Source: an uncultured Acidobacteriota bacterium
Lineage (GTDB): Bacteria; Acidobacteriota; Polarisedimenticolia; J045
NCBI GenBank assembly: GCA_963702425.1
Contig: CAVPCQ010000006.1
Span: 288,001-352,000 of the forward strand
Direction: 5' to 3'
DNA length: 64,000 bases
Below the pieces are notes generated by a model. That model was not told the origin of the DNA, did not search any database, and was given only the letters and a program-made list of their open reading frames with translations. A program made the position numbers and the translations under genes. Of this stretch, positions 1-11,438 are shown piece by piece (positions within the stretch are counted from its first letter, which is position 1; every line of letters starts with the position of its first letter).

Positions 1-43
1 AAGCCGCTGCCGGGGCGGAATATAGGTTTCCGGGGGGCTCGGG

Positions 44-1495
44 TCAGCGGGCCGAAATCGTCGCCACGAGGTCCAGCGACCCCGCCGGCTGGCGGAGCGG
101 GGAGATCCGCAGTTCGGGGGGGAGCTTGCGGAACGCGTGGGAGTCTCCGACGACGACCGCGTGCCCGCCGTTCGCGGCGACCCAGGCCGGCAGGTCGGTC
201 AGCTCGAGGTCCGCGGCCGAACGGTCCTTCCGCGCGGCGCATCCGGGTGGTCAGGATCGGCCGCCGCAGGTAGAAGGCCAGACCCGGCGGGTACTGCGTC
301 CGGAGGACCACGACCGGGTCCTCGGGGCCAAAGCCGCCGGTCGTCAGCTCCTCCCGCGCCACGCGCGCCACGTCGGCCGAGTTCTCGATGCTCTTCGTGA
401 ATCGCTCGGGCTCCCGGCGCAGCTCCGCCAGCAGGGTCGCCAGCAGGACCACCACCGCGATGCCGGCGGCGCGCCGCGGCGGGGCCCACGCACGCGAAAC
501 GCCGCGCAACGCTCACCCCGGCAGGAACCGCGATCCCGAGGATCAGCGGGACGGTATAGAACGGCATCCGGCTCGTGCTCAGCGTGAAGACGGACCAGTC
601 CCGCCAGGATCCAGCCGACGAGCAACCGCCGCAGCGCCCGACCGCCGTCCACCGCGGGCGGCTCGCGCAGCGCCGCGAGACCCCACGGGGCCCACGGGAG
701 CGCCCCGCCAACGAGTGTCAGCAGCGGCAGCCAGACCGGGCCGGCACGGTTGAAGCGGTTCGTGAAGACGCGATCGATCACTTCCGCTCCGAGGAACATC
801 CGCAGCCGCGACGGATCGTCCACGATCATGGCCGCGTACCAGCCGAGCCCGACGACGGCGAAGAGGACCGCGGACACGGCGTCGATCCAGCGCTCGCCGG
901 TGCGCGGCCCGGCGCGCAGCGGCCAGGCCAACGCCACGCCCGCGAGTGGCAGCAGCCCGGGCGGCCCCTTCGTGAGGAACGCCGCGCCGAGCGCCAGCCA
1001 CATCCAGCGCACGGCCGCGCGGCGCGATGCCGGGTCGGTCAGCGCGCGCGCCGCGCAGGCGATCGCCACCGCCTCGGCGGCGGCGAGCACTGCATCGGTC
1101 GACAGCACGCTGGCGGCGGCGAACGGCAGCAGCGACGTGGCCAGCGCCAGCGCCGCGCCCGTTCCCGTGCGCGCGTCGCCGCCCCAGCGGCGGCCGAGGG
1201 CGAAGGCGGCGACGATCGACGTCGTGAACGCGAGCGCGAGCCCGGCCCGCGCACCCCACTCGTTCTGGCCGAAGAGCCCCATGCCCGCCGCCGAGAGCCA
1301 GTAGGTCAGCGGCGGCTTCGTCAGGTGCGGCCGGCCGTCGAGCGTCGGATACCAGGGGTTGCGCGCGACCAGCATCTCGCGGGACGCCTCGCCGTAGCGC
1401 CCTTCGTCCGGATCGGCGAGCGGGCGCGTGCCGAGGAAGAGCACGCTCCACCCGAGCGCCGCGAGGACCAGCAGCGCGGACCGCCGACGACTCAC
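44..1495 (-). CDS. ArnT/PMT-family (GT-C) membrane glycosyltransferase, reconstructed across several frameshifts
   Basis: GTG start overlaps the hemH stop. Motifs DPDEGRYGEASREM, LTKPPLTYW, AFLTKGP and many TM segments. The 3' part continues in other frames (VFTLSTSRMPFY; PPGLAFYLRRP). The stop at 44 is inferred. Confidence 0.8.
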
Positions 1496-2482
1496 GCTCG
1501 CGCCGCCCGCGATCGCTCGAAGCGCTCCGCGAGCGCGGCAACGAAGGCCGGGTGGTCGGTCACGGTCGGGACGCGGACGAAGTTCTCGCCGCCCGCGTGA
1601 TGGAAGGTCTCGGCCCCCTGCGCGCCGATCTCCTCGATCGTCTCGAGCCCTTCGGTCAGGAACCCCGGCGTGACGACCGCCACGGACCGGACCCCGCGCC
1701 GCGGCAGTTCCTCGAGCAGTGCGGCCGTCGCCGGCGCGAGCCAGCGTTCGGGACCGAACCGCGACTGGTAGGCCAGGGTCGCCTGCGCGGGATCCCACCC
1801 GAGCCGGGCCAGCAGCGCGTCGGTGGTGCAGGCGGCAGTCGGCCTGGTAGCGTCCCTTTCTCGCGCCGGTCGTAGCGCGCGGGGATCCCGTGGAACGAGA
1901 CGACGAGGTGCCCGGGGCGTACGCCGGCCGCAGCGAACGCCGCCTCGCAGCGCGCCCGCCTGGGCCTCGATGAAGCCCGGGGCGTCGGGCGCGACGAGCG
2001 ACCGACGGACCCGCGCCGGCCCGCCCCGCGCGCCGTTCTCGCGCGCCATCCGGGCCGCGAGCCGCAGGATCGTCCCGGTGGCCGAGCTGGTGCGGTGCGC
2101 GAAGAGCGGGACGAGGTAGATCTCGCGCTCTCCCTCCGCGAGGCCGCGCTCGAGCTCGGTCCGCGAGCGACGGCCGGCCGTAGCGGTAGGCGATCCGCAC
2201 CTCCGCCGTGTCGCCCAGCTGCGCCGCGAGCGCGTCGGCGACCCGCTGCGTGCCGACCGCCAGCGGCGAGCCCCCGGCCTCCCAGATCGTGCGGTAGAGC
2301 GCGGCGACGCGCGCCGGACGGCGGCGCAGGACGATGCCGCGCAGGACCGGCTGCCAGAACCACCGCGGGTAGTCGACGACGTCGGGATCCGACAGGAACT
2401 CCGCGAGAAACGCCCGGACCGCGTCCGCGTCGGGACGCTCCGGGGTGCCGAGGTTGACGACGAGGGCGAGCGGTCGATTCAT
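1492..2482 (-). CDS. hemH: ferrochelatase (frameshifted in this assembly)
   Basis: VVNLGTPERP..VRAFLAEFLSDPDVV, SFHGIP, YQSRFGPERWL, PGFLTEGLETIEEI, spread over three frames. Confidence 0.9.
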
Positions 2483-2552
2483 GCGTCGGGTCGCGGGATC
2501 GCAGCGCCTGCATCCGCTCGACCCGCTGCGCGCATCATGCCATTCTCGCGCC

Positions 2553-3050
2553 GTGCATGCTCTCGCGCTGTCGGCCGGACTGCTCCTCGCCGGCGCACTC
2601 CTCGCGGGGTGCGAGCCGCCGGCTCCCGCGCCCCCCGCGGCTGCAACGCCGGCCCCCGCTCCGTCACTCGCCCCCTCGACGCCCGCCACCGCGCCCGCGC
2701 CAGTCCCGAGCGCCGCGGTCGACGCCGCCGGGGCGCCGGTTGCGCCGGCCGATCTGGCGTGGCCGAAGGGGTTCGTGCTGCGGCGCAGCGGCGCGATCGG
2801 CGGCAGCGTCGCCCCCGCGGCGTGGTTCGAGTTCGCGGCCGAGAACTCGGGTCCAGTCGATGCGGCCCGGCACACGCTCGACGCCCTCGCCGCCGCGGCT
2901 GGACCGAACGCCCTATCGGACCTCGCGCCGGCGGCAGACGGCCGGAGTGCGATCGGGCAGGTCCGGGGGCCGAAGCTCTCGGCCGTGGTCGCAGCGTCCG
3001 CCGACGGGAGCGGCGCCACGGTGCGGGTCACGCTCGAGCCGCTGCGCTGA
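2553..3050 (+). CDS. hypothetical lipoprotein with Pro/Ala-rich linker
   Basis: Lipobox LLAGC after a hydrophobic stretch, PAPAP linker, small C-terminal domain. Confidence 0.6.
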   Translation: MHALALSAGLLLAGALLAGCEPPAPAPPAAATPAPAPSLAPSTPATAPAPVPSAAVDAAGAPVAPADLAWPKGFVLRRSGAIGGSVAPAAWFEFAAENSGPVDAARHTLDALAAAAGPNALSDLAPAADGRSAIGQVRGPKLSAVVAASADGSGATVRVTLEPLR

Positions 3051-3083
3051 GACGCGCCCCTGCGCGGCCGTCGCCAGCCGGCC

Positions 3084-4934
3084 TCAGCGCCCCAGCGTCC
3101 AGCCGCGCACGACCGCGTGCGTCGCTTCCAGGCGCGCGAGGACGTCGATCCACTGCTGGCGCTCGCCGGCGCGGTCGTGAGCCTGCCGCGCCGCGACCAG
3201 GTGCTCGCGTGCGCGGCTATACCGGCGCGCGTCCCCCTCGGCGAGCAGGCGCCCGGCGAGGTGCAGGTGGAGCCGCCCCGCGACGCGCGGGCTCCCCGCC
3301 TCGGCCACCGTGGCGGCCCGCGCCAGCGCCTCGGGCGAGGCCGCCAGCACGAACCCCGGCGAGTCCTCGAGGCGGTGCGCGAGCCGCTCGAGCTCGTCGG
3401 CGGCGAGGCAGACCTCGACGAACGCGGAAGCGTCCGACCCGGCCTCGGCGTGGTCGAGCGCACGACGGCGCCATTCGTGCCGCTCGTGCTCGTCGACGAC
3501 CTCGAGCAGACGCCGGTAGCTCGCCTCTCCCGGCTCGGCGAGGAACCCCTCCCACGCCGCTTCGATCGCCTCGCGCCGCCGGTCGAGCCGCGACAGCAGC
3601 GCGATCCGCAGGTCGTCGATCTCGGCCCGGGCGCTTCCGGTCGCGCGGCGGCGGCCCCGATCGACCCAGCGCAGCGCGTCCTGCAGCCGCCCCTCGTGCG
3701 ACAGCCGCGTCGCAGCGGCGAGGATCTCGGAGCCGTGCGCCCCCTCCGGGTCGCAGCTCTCGAGAAACGCATCGAGGTCGCTCCGGGCCTCCGCCACCTC
3801 GCGCAGGGCCGCGCGGACGCGCTGGGAGACGGGGTCGCTCCCGGCCTCGGCACCTTCCCCGAAGAGCGACCCCGAGCGCGTCGCCGAGCGTGCCTCGAGC
3901 ACGGGGCGCAGCAGCCCCTGCAGCGTCTCCAGCCCGATCGGCCCGAGCGTGTCGCGGGCCTCGAGGACCAGGCCGGCGAACGACCTCCCTCCGTCCTCCA
4001 TCAGCCAGCCGAAGATCTCGCGCGCCAGCTCCGGCCGGTCGCGTGCGGGCAGATCGGACCAGCGGCGGGACCAGTCGAAGAGGATATCGCGGGTCGCCAA
4101 CGCCAGAGCGCCGTCGCGGTCATCGGCTTCGTCGATCCGCTCCCAGGTCATCCACGCCGTCTCGAGCAGCAGCTCGAGCGCCAGCTCGGGCTGGCCGCCG
4201 ACGACCAGCCGCCCGACGGAGGCCGCGATCTCGCGCATGTCGGCCGCGACCCGAGGCGACTCCCAGCGCGTCAGCGGACGCCCCGGCCGCAGGGCCGCGC
4301 GTGCCGCCTGCCGGAACAGGCGCAGGTCGAGGTTGGCGGGATCGCCGGCGCGCGTCGTGAGCCGTGTCTCGAGCAGCGCGTCGGCGGCGGCGAGTTCGGC
4401 CAGGACCTCGCAGAGCTCGGCCTTGGGAAAGCCGAGCAGGCGGTCGCGCAAGACCCGCCACCGCTCGGCCCGCTCGGTGCGATCGACCTGGGCCTCGGAC
4501 GGGGCCTCTGGCCGCGGCGGCGGCACGAGCACCCCTTCCGCCTCCTCTCGCGCGGCCGGCACGGCGGCCGGAGTGCCCGGCCCTTCCGACTGCGGGGTCC
4601 CCCGCGACATCCCGGCGAGCCGCTCGACCGCCTCGGGGTCCCCGACCAGGGAGAGCAGCACCGCTCCGACGTGCCAGCAGGTCCCGCGGGGATAGGGGCA
4701 GGAACACTCCGCTTCGAGCTCTCCGTCGTGCAGCCGGATCACGCAGTGGTAGGGCACGTCCCGCGACCCGGCGACGTGCGCCCGCAGCGCGACCCCGTCG
4801 ACCCAGACCTCCTCGATCCGGCCGTCTTGCGCGTAGTCCGTGGCCCGCCGGGCGATGTGGTCCCGGCCCAGGAGCGCCGTGACGTCGGCCGCGGTCATCT
4901 GCTGGATGTGGCGGATCACCGGGTGGGACGTCAC
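3084..4934 (-). CDS. SWIM zinc-finger protein with helical/TPR-like C-terminus
   Basis: CSCPYPRGTCWHV (CxC-xn-CxH SWIM motif) preceded by the typical AHVAGS..PY segment. Confidence 0.8.
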   Translation of the reverse strand: MTSHPVIRHIQQMTAADVTALLGRDHIARRATDYAQDGRIEEVWVDGVALRAHVAGSRDVPYHCVIRLHDGELEAECSCPYPRGTCWHVGAVLLSLVGDPEAVERLAGMSRGTPQSEGPGTPAAVPAAREEAEGVLVPPPRPEAPSEAQVDRTERAERWRVLRDRLLGFPKAELCEVLAELAAADALLETRLTTRAGDPANLDLRLFRQAARAALRPGRPLTRWESPRVAADMREIAASVGRLVVGGQPELALELLLETAWMTWERIDEADDRDGALALATRDILFDWSRRWSDLPARDRPELAREIFGWLMEDGGRSFAGLVLEARDTLGPIGLETLQGLLRPVLEARSATRSGSLFGEGAEAGSDPVSQRVRAALREVAEARSDLDAFLESCDPEGAHGSEILAAATRLSHEGRLQDALRWVDRGRRRATGSARAEIDDLRIALLSRLDRRREAIEAAWEGFLAEPGEASYRRLLEVVDEHERHEWRRRALDHAEAGSDASAFVEVCLAADELERLAHRLEDSPGFVLAASPEALARAATVAEAGSPRVAGRLHLHLAGRLLAEGDARRYSRAREHLVAARQAHDRAGERQQWIDVLARLEATHAVVRGWTLGR

Positions 4935-5031
4935 AGGGCCTCCGGCAGAGCGTTCCGACCGCGCCGCGGCCGGGTCGGCGGGGCAAGCCTCCCGCAGAGC
5001 AGGAACCTATCTTCCCACGGGGCTGTTGACG

Positions 5032-7992
5032 ATGGCTCGTGTCCCTTCCGGCAAGGCCCAGTGGGCCGCCCTGCGTGGCGACTACGCCACGGCGGGTGAG
5101 CTCTATCGCCTCTCCGGCAGGCTCGACCGGGCGCTCGAGATGTACCAGCGCGCGCGCCAGCACCGGCCGGCGGCCGAAGTCGCGGCCGAGCTGGGCGAGC
5201 ATGCGGTCGCCTCGCGCGAGTTCGAGCTCTCAGGCCTGTTCCTCGACGCCGCCGAAGCGGCGCTGCGCGCCGGCGATCGCGAGCGGGCCGCGCGGATGTT
5301 CGTCGAGGCCGGCCAGGCGCGCCGCGCGGCCGAAATCCTCGAGGCCGGCGGCCGTCTCGCCGACGCCGCCGCGCTCTACGACCACGCCGGCGACCCGTTG
5401 CGCGCGACCCGCCTCTACCTCGACGCGCGCCAGGGGGAGAAGGCGGAGCGCACGCTCGAGGCCGTGCTGAAGTCCGGGACCGGGTTCCAGGAAGCGCGCG
5501 AGGTCCCCGCGCTCGCCGCCCGCTGCGGCCAGCTGCTGCTCGCGAGCGGGTTTCCCGATCGTGCGGCGCTCTGGTACGAGCGCGCCGGACGACCGGGGGA
5601 CGCGGCTCGGGCCTGGGAGCGCGCGGGGCGCCCGGCGGCGGCGATCGAGTCGCTGCTGGCCGCCGGCTCGATCGAGCGCGCCGTCGAGGTCGCGGAGACG
5701 ACCGGCCCGGGTGAGGTCGACTCCGCGCTGCTCGCCGCCGCTTTCCGCGCGGCCGGTCGTTGGGCCGAAGCCGCGTCGCTCTACCTGGAGGCGGGTCAGC
5801 CCGCGGTCGCCGCCGAGTGTCTCGAGCGGCTGGGATGCCTGGTCGAGGCCGCCTCGGCCTACGAGGCGGCGGGCGACCTGCTCGCGGCGGCCGCGGCGCA
5901 GGAGCGGACCGGGAACACCGAGTCCGCGGCCGATCTCTACCGGCGCCACGGCGCGCTGCACGACGCGGCGCGCTGCTACCGGACCTGCGGCCGGCTGGCC
6001 GAGGCGGCGGCGCTGTACGAGGAGGCCCGCGATCGGCTCTCCGCGGCCGAGGTGCTCGAGGACCTCGGGGACCCGGACCGCGCGATCCAGCTGCTGCAAT
6101 CGATCCCGGCCGACGACGATCGCGCCGTCGCCGCCTCATTGCAGCTCGCCCGCCTGCTCGAGAAGAAAGGGATGGACCCGCTGGCGGTCGACCACTACCG
6201 CCGGGCGCTCGCCGCGCAGCTCTCGCCGCGGCAGGCGGCCGACACCTGGTACCTCCTGGCTGCCAACCTCGAGCGCAATGGGCGCTTCCGGGAATCGACG
6301 CAGGCGCTGCGTCGTGTCCTGGCGCTCGACATCCACTACCGCGACGCCGCCACGCGGCTAGCGGCGCTGGAAGCGAAGAACGGCCAGACGGCCGGACCCC
6401 GCACCCCGCTGGCGGACCGCTACCGGATCGACGGCGAGCTGCCGCACCTCGGGCCGGGGCGCTCGCTCGTGGCGTGGGACGCCGTGATGGCGCGCCCGGT
6501 GATCCTCCGCCGACTCGGCCCCGAGACCGTACCCGAGGGACCGGCTACCGAGCGCGTGCTGGCCGACGTGCGCCGTACCGCGCGCCTGCATCACCCGATC
6601 ATCGCCGCGATCCACGAGGCCGGCCGTGACGAGCAGGGAGTGTTCATCGTCGAGGAGCACGTCGCGGGACAACCGCTGCGGCACCTTCTGCTTCACGAAG
6701 GGCCGCTCGATGTGCCGCGCGCGGTGCACCTGCTGACCCAGCTCGCCGAGGCGCTCGATTACGCGCACGGATTGGGGCTGCTGGCGCGGACGCTGCGCCC
6801 CGACACGGTCTTCGTCACCCCCGCCGGCGACGCGCGGATCGTCGACTTCGGCCTTGCGCTGAGGGCGGCCGAGGGGCAGTCCCCGGGGGCGGCCTATCGC
6901 CCACCCGAGGCTGGCCGCGCCGAGCGGATGGACCCCTCCTCGGACATCTACCTCATCGGGGTCCTGACCTGGGAGATGCTCTTCGGCTCGCCGCCACCGG
7001 TCCCGGCTCCCGGTCAGCTCGACCCGCCCCAAGTCCCGAATCTCCCGGAGCGCCCGCTGCCGGAGGTGCTGCGGCGGGTCCTGTCGGAGTGCCTCGCCCC
7101 CGACCGCGCGCAGCGGATCGGCTCGGCCCAGAAGCTGCTGGAGGAGCTGCACGGCACCAACCTGCTCCCCGGCGCACTGCTGGCCAACCGCTACGAGATC
7201 CGGCGCGAGCTGGGACGCGGCGGGATGGGGACCGTTTTCGCCGCGCGCGACCTCGTGCTCGACGAGCCGGTCGCGCTCAAAGTGCTGGCCGGTCCGCTCG
7301 ACGAAGGGACCGAGCGGCGCTTCGTGCAAGAGATCCGCCTGGCCCGTCAGATCAACCACCCCAATATCGTGCGCGTCCACACCCTCGAACGCTGGCGCGA
7401 GCTGCGCTTCATCGTGATGGAGTACATCGACGGGGTGGACCTGCGCCGGTGGTCGGCCGGCAAGCAGCCGATCCCGCTCGGCAAGGCGCTCGAGATCCTG
7501 GCCGGCGTCGCGGCCGGACTGTCGGCCGCGCACCGGCTGGGGATCGTGCACCGCGACGTGAAGCCCGAAAACGTGCTGATCGACCCCGACGCCCGGCCGC
7601 GGCTGGTCGACTTCGGGATCGCGCGGCAGGGCGATGTCCACCTGACCCGCGAGGGGCTCGTGATGGGCTCGCCGGCCTACATGGCGCCGGAGCAGATCCG
7701 CGGCGAGGCCGCCGACACCCGGGCCGACCTCTACGCGCTCGGCGTGCTGGCGTACTTCCTGATCGCGGGGCGCGAGCCGTTCGCCTCGGAGAACGTCGCC
7801 GAGGTCCTGCGCGACCAGCTGGAGACGCCTCCCCCGCCGCTCCACGCGCTGCGCCCCGGCGTGCCGCTCCCGATCGAGGAGCTGGTCGCCCGGCTGCTGG
7901 CCAAGGACCCCAACCGCCGCCCCTCGTCGATCTTCGCCTTCCTCGAGGAGCTGGCCGCGGTCCGGTCCGGAATGACGGTCGTCATGGCGTAG
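5032..7992 (+). CDS. TPR/helical-repeat Ser/Thr protein kinase with a tandem pseudokinase and kinase domain
   Basis: AAxLYxxAG repeats. Domain 1 is degenerate (ARTLRPDT, DFG). Domain 2 is canonical (GRGGMG, VALK, HRDVKPEN, DFG, YMAPE). Confidence 0.9.
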   Translation: MARVPSGKAQWAALRGDYATAGELYRLSGRLDRALEMYQRARQHRPAAEVAAELGEHAVASREFELSGLFLDAAEAALRAGDRERAARMFVEAGQARRAAEILEAGGRLADAAALYDHAGDPLRATRLYLDARQGEKAERTLEAVLKSGTGFQEAREVPALAARCGQLLLASGFPDRAALWYERAGRPGDAARAWERAGRPAAAIESLLAAGSIERAVEVAETTGPGEVDSALLAAAFRAAGRWAEAASLYLEAGQPAVAAECLERLGCLVEAASAYEAAGDLLAAAAAQERTGNTESAADLYRRHGALHDAARCYRTCGRLAEAAALYEEARDRLSAAEVLEDLGDPDRAIQLLQSIPADDDRAVAASLQLARLLEKKGMDPLAVDHYRRALAAQLSPRQAADTWYLLAANLERNGRFRESTQALRRVLALDIHYRDAATRLAALEAKNGQTAGPRTPLADRYRIDGELPHLGPGRSLVAWDAVMARPVILRRLGPETVPEGPATERVLADVRRTARLHHPIIAAIHEAGRDEQGVFIVEEHVAGQPLRHLLLHEGPLDVPRAVHLLTQLAEALDYAHGLGLLARTLRPDTVFVTPAGDARIVDFGLALRAAEGQSPGAAYRPPEAGRAERMDPSSDIYLIGVLTWEMLFGSPPPVPAPGQLDPPQVPNLPERPLPEVLRRVLSECLAPDRAQRIGSAQKLLEELHGTNLLPGALLANRYEIRRELGRGGMGTVFAARDLVLDEPVALKVLAGPLDEGTERRFVQEIRLARQINHPNIVRVHTLERWRELRFIVMEYIDGVDLRRWSAGKQPIPLGKALEILAGVAAGLSAAHRLGIVHRDVKPENVLIDPDARPRLVDFGIARQGDVHLTREGLVMGSPAYMAPEQIRGEAADTRADLYALGVLAYFLIAGREPFASENVAEVLRDQLETPPPPLHALRPGVPLPIEELVARLLAKDPNRRPSSIFAFLEELAAVRSGMTVVMA

Positions 7993-8016
7993 TAGACTGG
8001 CCTCCCTTCCCGGGAG

Positions 8017-9419
8017 GTGTCCCGCTTGAAGACGATCATCGAGCCGTTCCGGATCAAGTGCGTCGAACCGATCGGCATGAGTACCGCCGCCGAACGCGAG
8101 GCCGCGCTGGCGCGCGCGGCCTGGAACCTCTTTCGGCTGCGGGCCGCGGAGATCACGATCGACCTGCTCACCGACTCCGGCACCGGCTCGATGAGCTCGA
8201 CGCAGTGGGCGGCGATGATGCTGGGCGACGAGTCGTACGCCGGCGCGCGCTCGTGGGAGCGGTTCGAGGCGGCGGTGAAGGAGATCTTCGGCTTCGCCGA
8301 GGTGATCCCGACGCACCAGGGGCGCGCGGCGGAGCGGATCCTCTTCACGACCGTCCTGAAGCCCGGCGACGTCGTGCCGTCCAACACCCACTTCGATACG
8401 ACGCGGGCCAATATCGAGGCGACCGGGGCGAAGGCGGTCGACCTGCTGATCCCCGAAGGGCTGCAGCCGGGGCTCGATCCACCCCTTCAAGGGGAACATG
8501 GACGTGACGCGCCTCTCACAGCTGATCGACGAGAGCGGCCGCGAGAACGTGCCGCTCGTCATGCTGACGATCACCAACAACTCGGGCGGCGGACAGCCGG
8601 TATCGCTGGCCAACGTCCGCGCCGTCTCGGCGGTCTGCCGGACGCATCGGATCCCGTTCTACATCGACGCCTGCCGTTTCGCCGAGAACGCCTGGTTCAT
8701 CAAGACGCGCGAGGAGGGGCAGGCCGGGCGCTCGCCGCTCGAGATCGCGCGCGAGGTCTTCGCGCTGGCCGACGGCTGCACGATGTCGGCCAAGAAGGAC
8801 GGGATCGCCAACATCGGCGGGTTCCTGTGCACCAACGACACCGAGCTCGCGCGGCGGCTCAAGGACCTGCTGATCCTGACCGAGGGGTTCCCGACCTACG
8901 GCGGGCTCGCGGGACGAGACCTGGACGCGATCGCGGTCGGGCTGCACGAGGCGCTCGACGAGGACTACCTGCGCTACCGGATCGTCTCGACCCAGTACGT
9001 CGCCGACCACATCGCCGCGCTGGGGGTGCCGATCGTGCAGCCTCCCGGCGGCCACGCGGTCTTCATCGACGCCCGGGCGATGCTCCCGCAGATCCCCGCG
9101 CTGGAGTACCCCGGCCAGGCACTGGCCTGCGAGATGTACCGCGTCGGCGGGATCCGCAGCTGCGAGATCGGCTCGGTCATGTTCGCCTCGAAGGACCCGG
9201 CCACCGGCGCGGAACTGGCCGCGCCGATGGAGCTGGTGCGGCTGGCGATCCCGCGCCGCGTCTACACCCAGTCGCACATGGACTTCGTGGTCGAGGCGAT
9301 CGGCGAGGTCCAGGCCCGCAAGGACGCGGCTCCGCGGGGTGAAGATCGTCGAGCAGGCACCGTTCCTGCGACACTTCACCGCGCGCTTCGAGCCGCTCGG
9401 AGGACCTGCCGCAGGCTGA
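8017..9419 (+). CDS. tnaA: tryptophanase (beta-eliminating lyase), frameshifts near 8480 and 9335
   Basis: EPFRIK, DLLTDSGT, THQGRAAE, MSAKKD (PLP lysine), GFPTYGGLAGRD, EIGS and C-terminal LRHFTARF. These favour tryptophanase over tyrosine phenol-lyase. Confidence 0.85.
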
Positions 9420-9601
9420 CCGTCCGCGCGGCGCACCCCGCGGCCGGGCGATTGCCCCCGCGGGACGTCGCGCGGCAACGACGCCGGGCGCCCCCCGCCG
9501 CAGCATTGCGCCCGACGGCGGCCTCCCCCGGCTTCCCGGCACGCAGCCCCCTGTTCATCGCAGCCCGCACCGGCCACCCTCGCGCCCGGGAGGACGCTTC
9601 G

Positions 9602-10720
9602 ATGGCGCGACGGACCGACGACTTGCGGCAGGCGGTGGGAGCCGCCCTCCGGCGGCTGCGGAACCAGGGGCACTTTTCTCTCGACGACGTCCAGCACGGG
9701 ACCACCGAGCAGGGCGTGCGCGTCACGCGTTCCCACCTGTCGCGCGTCGAGACCGGGCAGGCCGAGCTCTCGCTGGCCCGGTTCCTGGCGCTCGTGCGGG
9801 TGCTCGGCGAGCCGGCCGGCGAGGTGACGGAATCGCTGGCGGCGCTGGTCGACGGGGCCCGCGAGCCGGACGCTCCGGACGACGACCGGATCGGACTGGC
9901 GATGCAGCTCGCCGATCCGGCGCGTGCGGCGATGCTGTTCCGGGCTGCGGTGGCCCGCGGCGCGGGGGAGTTGACCGAGGAGGTCCTGTCCCGCTGGGCC
10001 GACGTCGAGGCGGCGCTCGGCCGCTGGGCGGCCTGCGAGCGCGCCCTGTCGATGGCCCTCGGGCCGGCCACGCGCGGCGAGCCGCGCCGCCTGCTACGCC
10101 TCGCGGTGGCGCACCTCGGCGCCGGCCGGCCGGGACTGGCGTTCGCGCTCGGCCGGGCTTCGCGTGGCGGTTCCGCGGCCGGCCGCGCGCTCGAGGCCGC
10201 GGCGCTCCTGGAAGCGGGGCGCTGCGCGGAGGCGGCGGAGGGGCTCGAGTCCGGCCGCGACGGCGAGGCCGAGGGGTTGCACCTGCTGCTGCTCGGCGAG
10301 GCGAGGCGCCGCGGCGGGCAGCCGCGTGCGGCGCTGCACGCGCTGCGCGCCGCACTCGAGCGCGGCGTGGCCGACGTCGCGCGGGCCGAGGCCCTGATCG
10401 TCGAGGCGCGCGTCTTCGCGGACCTCCGCCGGGCCGGTCCCGGGCTGCGCGCGGCGCGTGAGGCGCGCACGCTCGCCCGGCGGCTCGGCCGCTCGGAGAT
10501 GCTGGCCCGGACGCACTTCGAAGCCGCGCGCCTGCACAAGCTCGCAGGCGAGCCCGACGAGGCGCGGGCCGCGCTGCGGGCAGCACGCGTGCTGCTCGGG
10601 AGGCTGGGCACCGACCGCCGCGCGCCACGCGCGCTGCCGCTCCAGGCGCTGTGGGCCGCGGGGCGGGCGGCGGACGAGGTTGGTCCGGCTGACCAGCGGG
10701 AGGACCCGGACGGCTCCTAG
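9602..10720 (+). CDS. XRE-family HTH regulator with TPR-like C-terminus
   Basis: GAALRRLR..FSLDDV..VTRSHLSRVETG HTH followed by Ala/Arg-rich helical repeats. Confidence 0.7.
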   Translation: MARRTDDLRQAVGAALRRLRNQGHFSLDDVQHGTTEQGVRVTRSHLSRVETGQAELSLARFLALVRVLGEPAGEVTESLAALVDGAREPDAPDDDRIGLAMQLADPARAAMLFRAAVARGAGELTEEVLSRWADVEAALGRWAACERALSMALGPATRGEPRRLLRLAVAHLGAGRPGLAFALGRASRGGSAAGRALEAAALLEAGRCAEAAEGLESGRDGEAEGLHLLLLGEARRRGGQPRAALHALRAALERGVADVARAEALIVEARVFADLRRAGPGLRAAREARTLARRLGRSEMLARTHFEAARLHKLAGEPDEARAALRAARVLLGRLGTDRRAPRALPLQALWAAGRAADEVGPADQREDPDGS

Positions 10721-11351
10721 CGCGCCAGGCCGAGCAGCGGGACCAACGCGGACAGCTCGTCGATCCGGGCATCCGCCTGGATGCGGTACCCGACGACCGC
10801 GAACGCCCGCCGCGCGCCCGGCGGCCACGTCGAGCTGGGTGTCTCCCACGAGCACGGCCTCGTCCGGCGCCAGGCCGAGCCGCTCGAGGGCCAGCAGGAC
10901 CAGCGCCGGATCGGGCTTCCCGCGCGGCACCTCGTCGCCGCCCGCGATCGTCCGGACGATGCGCCAGCAGCCCGAGCTGGGACAGCACGCGCCGGGTCAG
11001 CGCCACCGGCGAGTTGGTGACCACCGCGATCGGGACGCCGGCCGCCGCGATCGCGGCGACCGTCTCGGGCGCCCCGGCGATCGCGCGCACGAGCCCGAGG
11101 TGCTCCAGGAACCCCTCGTCGTACTCGCAGGCGAGGCGCGCGACCTCCTCGCCCGGAAAGAAGGTCCGCACGTCGGCCGCGATCCCCTGCCCCCAGGATT
11201 CCCGCACCGGAGCCGGACCGAGGGGCGCGAGGCCGCGCCGCACCCGGCAGCCGTCGAGCACGGCGACCCAGGCGTCGAAGCTGTCGGCCAGCACGCCGTC
11301 GAGGTCGAAGAGGACGCCCTTCGGGGGGCGCGGGAGAGCGGGTGCCGTCAC
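10717..11351 (-). CDS. HAD-family phosphatase (phosphoglycolate phosphatase-like), frameshifted
   Basis: VLFDLDGVLADS, VVTNS, GKPDP, VGDT motifs across frames. Confidence 0.8.
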
Positions 11352-11438
11352 GGCGGAGTCTCCATCGCCACGGTGGCGCCGTGGGTCGGCCATTCTGCAA
11401 TGCTGCGAGGCCGGTCGTCGCGCCCGCCCAATCGGGGT

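Noticed and set aside
8498-10720. Tryptophanase-HTH fusion
   Set aside because: The true tnaA C-terminus (LRHFTARF) ends at 9419 in another frame.
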